A DNA stretch of 64,000 bases, from positions 17,112,001-17,176,000 of the forward strand of contig NC_043003.1 in the NCBI RefSeq assembly GCF_006345805.1, read 5' to 3'. The DNA is from Octopus sinensis (Eukaryota). Both the position numbers and the translations under genes were made by a program. The notes under the pieces are model-generated. The model made no database searches. It had not been told where the DNA came from and saw nothing but the letters and a program-made list of their open reading frames with translations. This document shows, piece after piece, positions 11,630 to 23,535 of the stretch. Every line of letters begins with the position of its first letter. Positions within the stretch are counted from its first letter, which is position 1.

Positions 11630-12110
11630 TTTTTTTTCCTGCCTTTAACCCTCCAATGCGGAGTATAGCCCACTTATAATTGAATTCCATGTCGTATAAT
11701 TTTTCGTTTCTGTACTTATAGTCTGCCATGAATGTCCCCCTTTCTCTGGTTCCTTTTGTGTTGATCTACGCCAAGGGTTCTTAGGCCTACCTTTCTTTCT
11801 ATATCCATCTGGATTCCACTGTAAAGCACTTTTCGCTACATTTGGTGTTTCTTTTCTAATTGTGCTACCAATCCACTTCCACTTTTTCTTAAATATTTGC
11901 TCCCTAATCGAAACTTGATTTGCTCTTTGCTATAGCTTCACATTGCTTATGTGTTCAGGCCATCTAATTTTAAGTATACTACGCAAGCATCTGTTGATGA
12001 ATGATTGTATTTGCTTATTTGACTTAACTGTTGTTCGCCTTGACTCAGCCCCATACAATAACATATTGCAATAAAGATATTTGAACGTATCTTTATATTG
12101 TGATACGTAT
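11630..12110 (-). mobile_element. RTE-1-like LINE 3' end (RT thumb/C-terminus), decayed
   Basis: Own translation 12064 to 11645: MLLYGAESRRTTVKSNKQIQSFINRCLRSILKIRWPEHISNVKL*QRANQVSIREQIFKKKWKWIGSTIRKETPNVAKSALQWNPDGYRKKGRPKNPWRR..*; one in-frame stop. Confidence 0.85.
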
Positions 12111-12189
12111 GGCCATATGTAGGTAGTCAGCTAAAGGACTATATACAATTCACGTATCTCTAATTTAGTGTTGGCAGCTTTCTCTGTTG

Positions 12190-12410
12190 CATTGATGACA
12201 TTGTTGCATGTACGAGAAGTTTCGTTTTTGTACACAAGCGGTTTAGGTTGTCAAGTAGGTCCTTGCTGGCCTCTTCCCCGTAGAAATTGGTGTAAATAGA
12301 CCCCTTGTCTGTAATTCTGAGTCTGGGGTTGAGCAGAGAGAGTGATCCAGTGTCATTAGAGGTTTCGATCTTGAACATAATAAGGACGTCAATTTTGTTG
12401 AATTGGGAAC
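12190..12410 (-). mobile_element. Penelope-like reverse transcriptase C-terminal fragment
   Basis: FNKIDVLIMFKIETSNDTGSLSLLNPRLRITDKGSIYTNFYGEEASKDLL resembles the PLE FN.ID..I.F.IE....G.L..LD..I....T.FY.K motif. Confidence 0.55.
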
Positions 12411-12773
12411 TCTGACGGCCTCTTATGTTTTGTGAGTCGTTCTTTTTACCTTTTTTTTTGTTCCAGTCACTGGACTGCGGCCATTCGGGAGCACTGCCTT
12501 GAATGGCTTAATAAAACAAATCGACCCCAGAGCTTTTTCTTTTTTAAAGACTGGTATTTATTCTTTCGGTTCTCTTTTGTCAAACCGCTAAGTGATAGGA
12601 ACGTAAACGTGGCTGTGTGGTAAGGAGCTTGTTTACCAACCACATGGTTCCTGGTTCAGTACCACTGCGTGGCACCTTCGGCAAGTGTCTTCTACTATAG
12701 CCTCGGGCCGACCAAATCCTTGTGAGTGGATTTGGTAGACGGAAACTGAAAGAAGCCCGTGGTATATATGTAT

Positions 12774-12805
<32 letters not shown>

Positions 12806-13310
12806 CTTTATTTTAAGCAGCAGAAAATTCAACAAAATCTGTTACTCTGAGTTTCTCGTTGCCGTTCATCAGACAGTTTTTGCTAGAATGGAACTGATAT
12901 ATCAATTCAATCTATACTCTTACAAACGCTACACCTTTAAAAAGAAATGGAATTGTTTGATTGGCCCTTTAGAAAAAACGGTCAATCTTCGAGCGATAAA
13001 CAAAAAGGTCAAAGATATATGTATATATATATAAAAACTTATAAAAATTATATATAAAAAACTTATAAAAATTATAAAATCCGAGGAAAAAACCATTGAC
13101 GTTAATGAAGACAGTGCAAATTAATGCATAGAAATTAAACCTGTTAAATACTGCAATACATATTTATATTAAAATCTACATATATATATCAACATACACA
13201 AAAGGATTTTGTTGAATTTTCTGCTGCTTAAAATAAAGCATATTACTCTACCACTGGTATTTGAGTACTCTTTTTTCCACCTTGTTTCACATTTATGTGT
13301 TTACTCCGGT
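12806..13310. mobile_element. Penelope-type repeat with inverted terminal segment
   Basis: 12806-12838 is the reverse complement of 13205-13237 (GATTTTGTTGAATTTTCTGCTGCTTAAAATAAAG); contains the hammerhead at 12839-12876. Confidence 0.55.
12839..12876 (-). ncRNA. Minimal type I hammerhead ribozyme motif
   Basis: ctgt-CTGATGA-a-cg/gcaa/cg-a-GAAA-ctc-a-gag-TA-acag: both core boxes intact, 4-bp stem I, GNRA-capped stem II, near-palindromic stem III, GUA cleavage site. Confidence 0.65.
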
Positions 13311-13316
13311 ATATAT

Positions 13317-13379
<63 letters not shown>

Positions 13380-13867
13380 ATGTGTTTGTCCCCCTAGCAT
13401 TACTTGACAATCGATGCTGGTGTGTTTATGTCCCCGTTACTTAGCGGTTCGGCAAAAGAGACCGATAGAATAAGTACTGGGCTTACAAAAGAATAAGTCC
13501 CGGAGTCGAGTTGCTCGATTAAAGGCGGTGCTCCAGCATGACCGCAGTCGGATGACTGAAACAAGTAAAAGAGTAAAAGAGTAAAAGAGTAAACCAACAC
13601 GAGCGTCAAGCAATGGAGGGAGTGACAACCAATACCACCCCCGCATATAATTTTTTTTTTACTGGTCTCCACAGTTTCCGTCTGTTAAATTCCCTCGCAA
13701 AGCATTGTTCGGCCCAGAGCTGTAGTAGGAGACACTTTTTCAAGGTGTTACGCAGTGACACTGAGCCGAAAACAACGTGTTTGTAAAGCGAGTCTCTTAA
13801 CCATACACCTATGTCGGCGCCCGGTACTCTTCAACATTTTTAGTCGGACAAATCGACACCGACACCT

Positions 13868-14112
13868 ACTCTTTTACTTGTTTCAGCCATTTGACTACGG
13901 CGATGCTGGAGCAATGCCTTTAGTCGAGCAAATTGACACCAGGACTTATTCTTTGTAAGCTTAGTACTTATTCTCTCGGTCTCTTTTGCCGAACCGCTAA
14001 TTTACGGGGACGTAAACACACCAGCATCGGTTGTCATGTGATGTTGGGGGGACAAACACAGACACACACATAGACACAGACACACACTGACACGCATACA
14101 CACACATATATG

Positions 14113-14147
<35 letters not shown>

Positions 14148-14309
14148 GACAGGCTTCTTTCAGTTTCCGTCTACCAAATCCACACACAAGGCTTTGGTTG
14201 GCCCGAGGCTATAGTAGAAGAAACTTGCCGAAGGTGCCACGCAGTGGGACTGAACCCGGGACCATGTGGTTCGTAAGCAAGCTACTTACCACACAGCCAC
14301 TTCTACGCC
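13868..14309 (-). mobile_element. SINE S1, full length
   Basis: Matches the S1 consensus along its whole length; a further decayed copy follows at 14330-14632. Confidence 0.85.
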
Positions 14310-15329
14310 TATTTATAAGCTTGGTACTTATTTATAAGCGTGGTACTTATTCTATCTGTCCGTTTTGCCGAACCGCTAAGTTATGGGGACGTAAACACAC
14401 CAACACCGGTTTTGAATCGGTGGTGGAGAACATGCACAGACACAATGATAGACACACACACACACGCACACACACACACACATATGTATATATATATTAT
14501 GTATGTATGCGGTGGGCTTCTTTCAGTTTCCGTCTACAAAATTCACTCACAAGGCTTTGGTCGATTCAAGGCTATTGTAGAAAATCATGTGGTTGCGAAG
14601 CAAACATTTTACCACACTGCCACGCCAGCGCCAATGTTTATGTTCTTAACACTTTATAATTCCTATCGTCCTTGAGTGAGTAAACCAAAACAATTCTAAG
14701 CTTGTCTCTCTTGTAATAATTTTTTCAGACTTCATCATTAAAACAAACAAAAGAAAAATGGTAAAGAATATGTTGGGGGAAATTTGGCTGCCATCTCTAG
14801 CCAGTTAACTAACCATGTAGTGGTCTCTTTATTGATTTGATGTTTATGTTGCTGGGTGCACTGGTTGGGTGGAATTGATATTCTATAGTTTTACAACTGA
14901 GGAGGGAGATGGCGGATTTGGCAGGTGCAACTACAAATTTAATGGCATTGGAGGCAATTTTCTACACCTGGGAATTTGTGCAGCTGCATATGAGAAATGT
15001 TGCCATGACGTGTACAGTGATATCATTTGCGTGTTGAGGTTGTGTGAATGAGGTCAAGTAGGTACAGGTAAGAATCGGTGGATTAGAGAAGTGCAGATCA
15101 TGGGTCTTACGACTTTTAAGAACATTGCAAAATCTAGTCATTTTGTTGTTCAATACAAAGTTGGCAACTAAGAAACAGTTTACTTAACAATGCTTTGTGC
15201 TATCTTAGAGCAAAATTCTTTCTCTATCTCTTTGTCTATCAGCGTATCTGCACCTCTCCCTGCTTTCTCTCTCTCTCTCTCTCTCTCTTTCTACCCAAAG
15301 GGGATATTATGGGTGAAGATTATTTTATG

Positions 15330-15687
15330 AATGCTTTTTGCATATATTATACCCTTCAAATATTTTCTTTCTTTTTATTTGCATCCTTTTTAAAGATTTA
15401 CACTTATGAGTAATGCCATAACAGAAAGATGCGCGGAAGATAAGATATAGAGCCAAGACGGGGAATGGAGTACTCTTTTTACTTTTTTACTATTTTACTT
15501 GTTTCAGTCATTTGACTGCGGCCATGCTGGAGCACCGCTTTTAGTCGAGCAAATCGATCCCAGGATTTATTCTTTGTAAACCTAGTACTTATTCTATCGG
15601 TCTCTTTTGCCGATCCTCTAAGTTATGGGGACGTAGACACACCAACATCGGTTGTCAAGCGATGCAGGGGGGACAAGCACAGGCACA

Positions 15688-15737
<50 letters not shown>

Positions 15738-16049
15738 CATATATACGACGGACTTCTTTCAGTTTCCGTCCACCAAATCCACTCACAAGGCTTTGTTCGG
15801 CTCGAGGCTATAGTAGAAGTCACATGCCCAAGGTGCCACGCAGTGGGACTGAACCCAGAACCATGTGGTTGGTAAGCAAGCTACTTACCACACAGCCACT
15901 CCTGCGCCTAATGCTTTCTGCATATATTATACCCTTCAAATGTTCTCTTTTTTTTTTTGCATACTTTTTAAAGATTTACACTTATGAGTAATGCTATAAT
16001 AGAAAGATGCGCGGAAGATAAGATATGGAGCCAAGACAGGGAACGGAGT
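15330..16049. repeat. About 140-bp direct repeats (15330-15471 and 15910-16049) exactly flanking a SINE S1
   Basis: Both copies run AATGCTTT..GCATATATTATACCCTTCAAA..GGAGT, with roughly ten differences by eye. Confidence 0.9.
15472..15909 (-). mobile_element. SINE S1, full length
   Basis: Tail at 15472, tRNA head ending at 15909. Confidence 0.85.
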
Positions 16050-16399
16050 GTAAACATTTTCTAATAAGATTCTTCAGAGGTTCGTCGCATGACACGAATT
16101 GTGCACCGACGTTTTATAAACAAAAGAAACGTAACTGCAATTAAGTGCGTAAATTGTATTCTTTTATTCTTGTATTCTTTTACTATTGTACTTGTTTTAG
16201 ACATTGGACTGCGGTCATGCTGGGGCACCGCTTTGAAGGTTTTGGTCGATCAAATGATATCAGCACTTATTATTTTTAGGGTCTTTCTCCTAGCTGTTAT
16301 GCCACGAGAAAGTAAAAGGACCAACGCCAGTTGTTAAGCAGTGGGGGAGGGACAAGCACAAACCCCCTCCCATACACACATGTACAAACACATACACAC

Positions 16400-16454
<55 letters not shown>

Positions 16455-16487
16455 GTATATGTATGTATGTATATATACATACATACA

Positions 16488-16720
16488 TATTTCTTTACTA
16501 CCCACAAGGGGCTAAACACTGAGAGGACAAACAAGGACAGATAAACGGATTAAGTCGATTATATCGACCCCAGTGCGTAACTGGTACTTATTTAATCGAC
16601 CCCGAAAGGATGAAAGACAAAGTCGACCTCGGCGGAATTTGAACTCAGAACATAGCGGCAGACGAAATACCGCTAAGCATTTCGCCCGGCTTGCTAACGT
16701 TTCTGCCAGCTCGCCGCCTT
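16488..16720 (-). mobile_element. SINE S2 monomer
   Basis: Reverse complement of GGCGGCGAGCTGGCAGAAACG..GTGGGTAGTAAAGAAATA. Confidence 0.85.
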
Positions 16721-17504
16721 TATATATACATACATACAATGGATTTCCACACTATTTCTATCTATAGTCATTGATCAAGCCTGAGCCTACAAGAGAAGAC
16801 ACTTGCCCAATGTAGTGCGCAGTGGCATTGAAGCCGAAACCACGATGATAATCTCCTCAACAATCCCTTTGAGTACGTTGCACAAACCAGCAAGATGAGA
16901 ATAATTCTGTTTCCCGACAGGAATTTACGTATTCTGCATAATTAACGTGTCTTTCGGTTTCATATTACAGTTCAATTCCTGTAACAGATCTGCCGTAATA
17001 AAAAATTTATTCACTGTACTTTTCTCGAGAGATGCTAAAAACGGGTAAACTATCAGGAGTTCAGTCCCTTGGCAACGTCTTCTAAGAGTAGAAAACCGCA
17101 ACAACAAATTTGATAATGATACCAATGATTATTGTGTAAAAGTTATCAACATCAAAAGATAAGATAGATTGGAGAAACGTTGCGTAAGTCGACGCAGACT
17201 GTTGAAATGAATTCAGATCTAGCAATATATTACATCTCACTCACATACAGTCGCATAGAGACACTCGTGCGTTTTAAAACAGCCACGGGGGAAAACAAGA
17301 TATTTGACATGAAGACAACACAATCATAGTCATTAAATTGTAGGCAATAATCGTAAAAGAATAGTGCAGGTTATTACTGAAGAAGATAAACGAAATAGAA
17401 CATATTCCTGATGCTCAGTAGATAAGAGAAAACGTAAGGTACTTATAACCTGTGATATAATGATCGGCTGCAAACTGACTTCGTAGTTGGCGAACGTAGT
17501 TGCA

Positions 17505-17755
17505 GTCACGTGGTAGAAGAGTCCAGTTTGCTGGACATTGTTGTAGAGCTGAAAACGAGGTAATTTCTGCTCTTCTCCTCTGGAAGCCATCTACTCGCGA
17601 TACCAGAGGGCGCACACTCTCCTACCCTGATGTAATCTCCAGGGATACAGGCATCCAGCAGCAGGGCCTCCGTAATGCCATGATGGACCGTGAAGTCTGG
17701 CGTAGCATAGTAAATTCCATTGTCTCGACCACGGTCGAACAATGATGATGGTGAT
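17505..17755 (+). mobile_element. RTE-clade LINE 3' end, same family as 254-584
   Basis: GRRVQFAGHCCRAENEVISALLLWKPSTRDTRGRTLSYPDVISRDTG..MMDREVWRSIVNSIVSTTVEQ* followed by TGATGATG. Confidence 0.85.
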
Positions 17756-17898
17756 CAGTACCACTGCGTGACACTTTGGGCAAGTGTCGTTTATTATTGC
17801 CCGGATTTGAACAAGCTTTGTGAGGGAATTTAATGGACGGAAACTACGTGTTTTCTTTAAACAAAGAACACTATTACAAGCTATAAATTATAGCTATA

Positions 17899-17939
17899 TT
17901 CTAGCAGTCACAGACAGTTCTGTCTGTCAACTGCTAGAA
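17899..17939. repeat. Near-perfect hairpin
   Basis: TTCTAGCAGT/ACTGCTAGAA (10 bp) enclosing ACAGACAG/CTGTCTGT (8 bp). Confidence 0.85.
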
Positions 17940-18011
17940 CGACACAGCGCTCTGGGTACACATTAAACTGAGTGAAATGGCGGGGGTAGATAGTGAGGAG
18001 CTTGTTTAAAC

Positions 18012-18119
18012 AGTCACCTGAAGAGGTGCATTCTAAACTCGATATATAAGATAATGACTGCACAACCTCTCAACTATGAACTACAAGTGCGAGAATGCAT
18101 CGAAACTATTGTAGCGATT
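18012..18119 (+). ncRNA. Type I hammerhead ribozyme motif with extended stem II
   Basis: agtcac-CTGAAGA-ggtgcattct[57 nt]agaatgcatc-GAAA-c/tatt/g-TA-gcgatt: core intact, 10-bp stem II (one G-U), GUA site at 18111-18113, stem I with one mismatch. Confidence 0.7.
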
Positions 18120-18195
18120 TTGAGTAAAGAATCTCGTTAATTCCATTTTCTTTTATCTATCTATCTGTCTGTCTACCTACCTGCCTATCTATCTG

Positions 18196-18244
<49 letters not shown>

Positions 18245-18299
18245 TTGCCTGCCTGTCTATCTGTTTATCTATCTATGTCTCTCTCTCTCTCTCTCTCTT

Positions 18300-18378
<79 letters not shown>

Positions 18379-18623
18379 GCACTTCACATTCGAGGCTCTG
18401 ATGAAGCTATGTGTTACTCAGGCACTCATCAATGAGTCCACTGCATCTCATAGCAGAAACAGCTGTAAGCTAATGAAGTTCATAGGATAAACACTTATTC
18501 CTTTGTCATCTCATTTTCTTATTATCACTCTATACTCGTCTAACATTTTGTTCTGAAGCATGTGTGTACTGAGAGTTCCACACCAGGTTATTAGTCACGA
18601 AATGCCTAAAAGAAGTTGTGTGC

Positions 18624-18783
18624 GCGCAGGAGTGGCTGTGTGGTAACTTGCTTACCAACCACATGGTTCTGGGTCCAGTCCCACTGCGTGGCACCTTCGG
18701 CAAGTGCCTTCTACTATAGCCTTGGGCCGACCAAAGCCTTGTGAGTGGATTTGGCAGACGGAAACTGAAAGAATCCCGTCGTG

Positions 18784-18853
<70 letters not shown>

Positions 18854-19065
18854 TGTATGTATATGTTGTGTACCCGTGTTTGTCCCCCCAACATCGCTTG
18901 TCAACCGATGGTGGTGTGTTTACGTCCCCATCATTTAGCGGTTCGGCAAAAGAGACCGACAGAATAAGTACTAGGCTTACAAAGAATAAGTCCTGGGGTC
19001 GATTTGCTCGACTAAAGGCGGTGCTCCAGCATGGCCGCAGTCAAATGACTGAAACAAATAAAAGA
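18624..19065 (+). mobile_element. SINE S1, full length
   Basis: Matches the S1 consensus; long internal (TA)n(TG)n. Confidence 0.85.
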
Positions 19066-19109
<44 letters not shown>

Positions 19110-20307
19110 TGAGAGAGAAATGCATGTATGTATGCATGCATGAAATAAAGTTACTTCTTGTGTAAATATATCTGGTTATATTTCGAAAGCAAAAAAGTTA
19201 CTCGTTTTGTTGATATCATTTTTGCTGTAAAATACAATCAGCTACTACCTCATATTAATGTGAAACTGCTAGACGGGGCTGCGGTGATCCCACTTCCTCA
19301 CCCCAACTCGTAATCTTAGCATCTCGCAGGATTCACCTATTTGCTTAAACTGAAGCTGGCGTCAGCGTAGTAGCTTGTTTGTTCTTCTCTTCCGGCAAGT
19401 AACGTCTGTTTTTTCTCTCTTTTTTCTCTTAGTATTCTTTTGCTAACAGCAATGGGGTCGTCTGCTATAAGTCATCACCCACTTATCTCCTAATTTTTTT
19501 TCTCTTTTTTAATTCTCGTTCTTCTGTCTTTTCATCTAGTTTAAGTTTTTTTTCTGTTTTTAAATATTGGTAAATCCTCAAGCGACACTGGAAAAAAAAT
19601 AAATAAAAAAATACCTGCTGATATCAACTGCGAAAGACATTCGATTAATTATTGATTTTATTGCAAAACTCAAAGTTTGGTAAGTGGATGTTTTTGTTTT
19701 GTTATGTAATTTTTTTAAATTTAAAATAATTCATAACATTTTCTGTTATTATTTATGTATGTCAAGGCAACGGCGAGCTGGCACGCTTAGCTGCAATTCT
19801 TTCAGCTCTTTACGTTGTCAGTTCAAATACCACCGAGGTCGACTTTACCTTTAATCCCCTTAAAAGGAAGATAGGGCTTGAGAGAAAAATGCCTGACTGT
19901 GAAAATGTTTGAAAATCGATGGAAGAATGTAGCACGGATGTTGCGAGTGAATGTAGCCCCATGAATGCGACGCAGGACGTATCTCAGGTATCAGTGACGA
20001 GGCAGGGCTCGTGGGGTCCGAATTGAACCCGCTTCCCCACTCCATCCGTAATGTCTTCTGGTCTGCCCTCTCATTCGATTTATTTATATTTTTGTGAATG
20101 TTTAATGTCATCTTTATGTTATATCCATTCGTCCATCTGACCCCAATCAGATTGTATTGTCCCTTATCTATGTTGTCCCCCTTGTGGGAAATAAAAAAAT
20201 CGACTTTGCCTTTAATCCTCCTGAGGTCAGTAAAATAAGTTTCAGTTGAGCAGTGGTGTCGATGAACACCACAGCATCACTTTTATTTCCTAAATAAGAT
20301 ATCGGTT

Positions 20308-20347
<40 letters not shown>

Positions 20348-20638
20348 GTATACATACATACACAGATACATACATGTACACATATTCACAGACACATTGT
20401 CTAAGCATAAAATTTCAGGCCTTCTGTCTAGAGTAGAAAGAATTATTTATGTCACCGTTAAAGAGTCAATCGTAATAGTTGAGCCATGTTCTTTGATGTA
20501 ATGGGTAATTACAGTTATGAGTTCAAATACTTCCGGTGACTACTTCCGCTGTTCAGTTACTTTGAATTCGATAAAATATGTTGTCGTTTCTTATCCTAAT
20601 GACTAACCATCCCCTTTCGTGCATGGTAAATATATATA

Positions 20639-20669
<31 letters not shown>

Positions 20670-20819
20670 CGACAGGCTTCTTTTAGTCTCCGTCTACCAA
20701 ATTCACTCACAAAGCTTTGATCAACCCGAGGCTATAGTAGAAGACACTTGCCCAAGGTACCACGCAGTGGGACTGAGCCCGGAACCATGTGGTTAGTAAG
20801 CAAGCTACTTACCACACAG

Positions 20820-20866
<47 letters not shown>

Positions 20867-21911
20867 TGAACACCACAACATCCCAATTTTTATAAATGTA
20901 ATGTTTCTGCTATCTGTCTAATGTATGTATATATATATATATTTTGGTGTGTTTGTGTTTGTGTGTGTCTCTATACGTGTGTATATAGGTCAGATATTTG
21001 ATTCATTCAAGATAAAAAAGATTCAGTGACGTTCAGTCTTTTCCTAACACTAAAGAACTGAAACTGGGTCACGAACTCAATTTTGATTGGGGAACATCTC
21101 TCTATGCCTGGAGCTGGCTACAAACTAGTGCATACCAAAAATAAACAACAAAAAATCTAAATCGGACTTGATAAAAATCTTTACCCACCACAGGTCAACT
21201 ATCATTTAGTAGATATGTGATGGAAGGCAAAGGAATATCAACCATTAGCATTACGAATTATAATGTAATCTGGATTACGTTATACGTTATGACCCAAATT
21301 TTAACTTTCTAGTGCGTGAAATTTTCTTTTTTTAACACAGGGTCTGATATGAGGAAAATTTAGTTGCTATTTCTTGCTTATCGGATGACGATATAGATAC
21401 CCTGTTGTTAGCACGTCTGCCTTTGTATAATCAGCGTTGTCACATCACTAACGACCGAGTATTTGTGTTCATTTGACTTACATTTCTGGGTACTAATACT
21501 TTTTTTCAGTAGCACGTTATAATGACGGCATTGCAAGGGAGAGCTAACTGCCATCTCAGTCAATGAGATTTGCATTTACACATCGTCCTCCTTCCCCTCT
21601 CCATTCGTAACCGATGCTCACCGTACGACTTTTACACATCACGATAGATATTTCTGTAAATCAAAAGCTGTATTTTATGAGAAGGTGGTTAGGATTTACT
21701 ACATAGGACCCCCGTCGACATATCTTTGGTACATACACGGTGCATATGCTGTTTTTACATGATGGTGGATCTACGTCGTTCGGTGATGAGTTTTGAGTTG
21801 TTCAATCAATTGTTCCATTGAATTACCCGTAAACTAACATGTAAGAGGATGATTATAATTCTCAATCGGAATCAGTTTGACACAATAGAATCCATCTAAT
21901 GGGCTTCTGTA

Positions 21912-22169
21912 TGTGGAGGCGCGTGGCTTAGTGGTTACGGTGTCAACACCATGACCGTAAGATTGTGATTTCGATTCCTGGACCAGGCGACGCGTTATGC
22001 TCTTGAGCAAAACACTTCATTTCACGTTGCTCCAGTCACCTCAGCTGGCAAAAATGAGTAACGCTGCGATGGACAGGCGTCCCGTCCAGCTGGTGGACAC
22101 ATACGCCATAGAAACCGGGAAACCGGGCCCATGAGCGTGGCTAAGCTTTAAAAGGACGCATTTATTTTT
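21912..22169 (+). mobile_element. SINE S4 (tRNA head, CORE-like middle, S3-type tail) with 15-bp TSD
   Basis: TSD TAATGGGCTTCTGTA at 21897-21911 and 22170-22184; inserted in a decayed S1. Confidence 0.85.
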
Positions 22170-22400
22170 TAATGGGCTTCTGTACAGTTTCCATCTATGC
22201 AATTTCCTTCAAAAGATGTAGGTTGAACCGAGATTATAGAACGTTACATTTGCCCAAGGTGCCAAGCAGTGGGAGCGAACTCGAAAGCTCATGGCTACAC
22301 GTAATTACAAAGTGTATAATATAGTAAAGGAACATGGATATCTAAAATTTTGCTACGCACGTTTCTATAGAGTAGTCATTAATTCAGTAATGCATAATAT

Positions 22401-22700
22401 TGTTGTTTGTTCCTTCTCGAGCCATGCCTGGCTCATAAGGGCCGGTTTCGCGGTTTCCTTGGCGTATAGGTTCCCCACCTGGACGGGACGTCGGTCCATC
22501 GCAGGTGAGTTGCAAGAGGAAAGAGTGAGAGAAAGTTGTGGCGAAAGAGTCAGCAGAAGTTCGTCATTACCTTCTGCCGGAGTCGCGTAGAGCTTAGGTG
22601 TTTCGCTCATAAACACACACATCGCCCGGTCTGAGATTCGAACCCGCGATCCCTCGACCGCGAGTCCACTGCTCTAACCCCTTGGCCATGTGCCTCCACC
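22401..22700 (-). mobile_element. SINE S3 with 12-bp TSD
   Basis: TSD AATGCATAATAT at 22389-22400 and 22701-22712; (AAC)n tail. Confidence 0.88.
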
Positions 22701-22756
22701 AATGCATAATATAGCATAACTTTATATTATTAGACACTATTCCATCAAGCAATATT

Positions 22757-23535
22757 CTTTACTACTCAAGGCACAAGGCTCGAAATTTTGGAGGAGGGCG
22801 CCTGTCGATTAGATCGACACCAGTACGCAACTGGTACTTAATTTATCGACCCAGAAAGGATGAAAGCAAAGTCAAACTCAGCGGAATTTGAACTTAGAAC
22901 ATAAAGACAGACGAAATACCCATTTCTTTACTACCCACAAGGGGCTAAACATAAAGAGGAAAAACAATGACAGACAAACCGATTAAGTCGATTATATCGA
23001 CCCCAGTACTTATTTAATCGATCCCAAAAGGATGAAAAGCAAAGTCGACCTCGGCGGAATTTGAACTCAGAACGTAACGGCGGACGAAATACCGCTAGGC
23101 ATTTCGCCCGGCGTGCTAACGTTTCTGCCAGCTCGCTGCCTTTTCTATCAAACTATATTCTTTTCTACTCTGGGCACAAGAACGGAAATTTTAGGGGAGG
23201 GGGCTAGTCGATTAGATCGACCCCAGTACTCAAATGGTACTTAATTTATCGATCCCGAAAGGATGAAAAGCAAAGTCAAACTGAGCGGAATTTGAACTCA
23301 GAACGTAAAGACACTACCCACAAGGGGCTAAACACAGAGAGGACAAACAAGGACAGAAAAACGGATTAAGTCGATTATATCGGCCCCAGTGCGTAACTGG
23401 TACTTATTTAATCGATCCCGAAAGGATGACATGCAAAGTGGACCTCGGCGGAATTTGAACTCAGAACGTAACGGCAAACGAAATACGGCTACGCATTTCG
23501 CCCGGCGTGCTAACGCTTCTGCCAGCTCGCCGCCT
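22757..23535 (-). mobile_element. Two tandem dimeric S2 SINEs separated and flanked by three copies of one 17-bp target sequence
   Basis: TTCCATCAAGC(A/T)ATATT at 22740-22756 and 23536-23552, and a diverged TTCTATCAAACTATATT at 23143-23159. Confidence 0.8.

Noticed and set aside
14889-15067. Coding exon bounded by TTCTATAG and CAG/GTAAGA
   Set aside because: Splice signals look good, but all three frames contain a stop and the peptides match nothing I recognise; a non-coding exon cannot be excluded.
17370-17412. Hammerhead-like CTGAAGA..GAAA
   Set aside because: Stem II is a single base pair and stem I does not form adjacent to the core; expected by chance.
19270-19420. Promoter or first exon (CTTCCGG motif followed by CAA/GTAACG)
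   Set aside because: Short motifs with no supporting transcript or conservation evidence.
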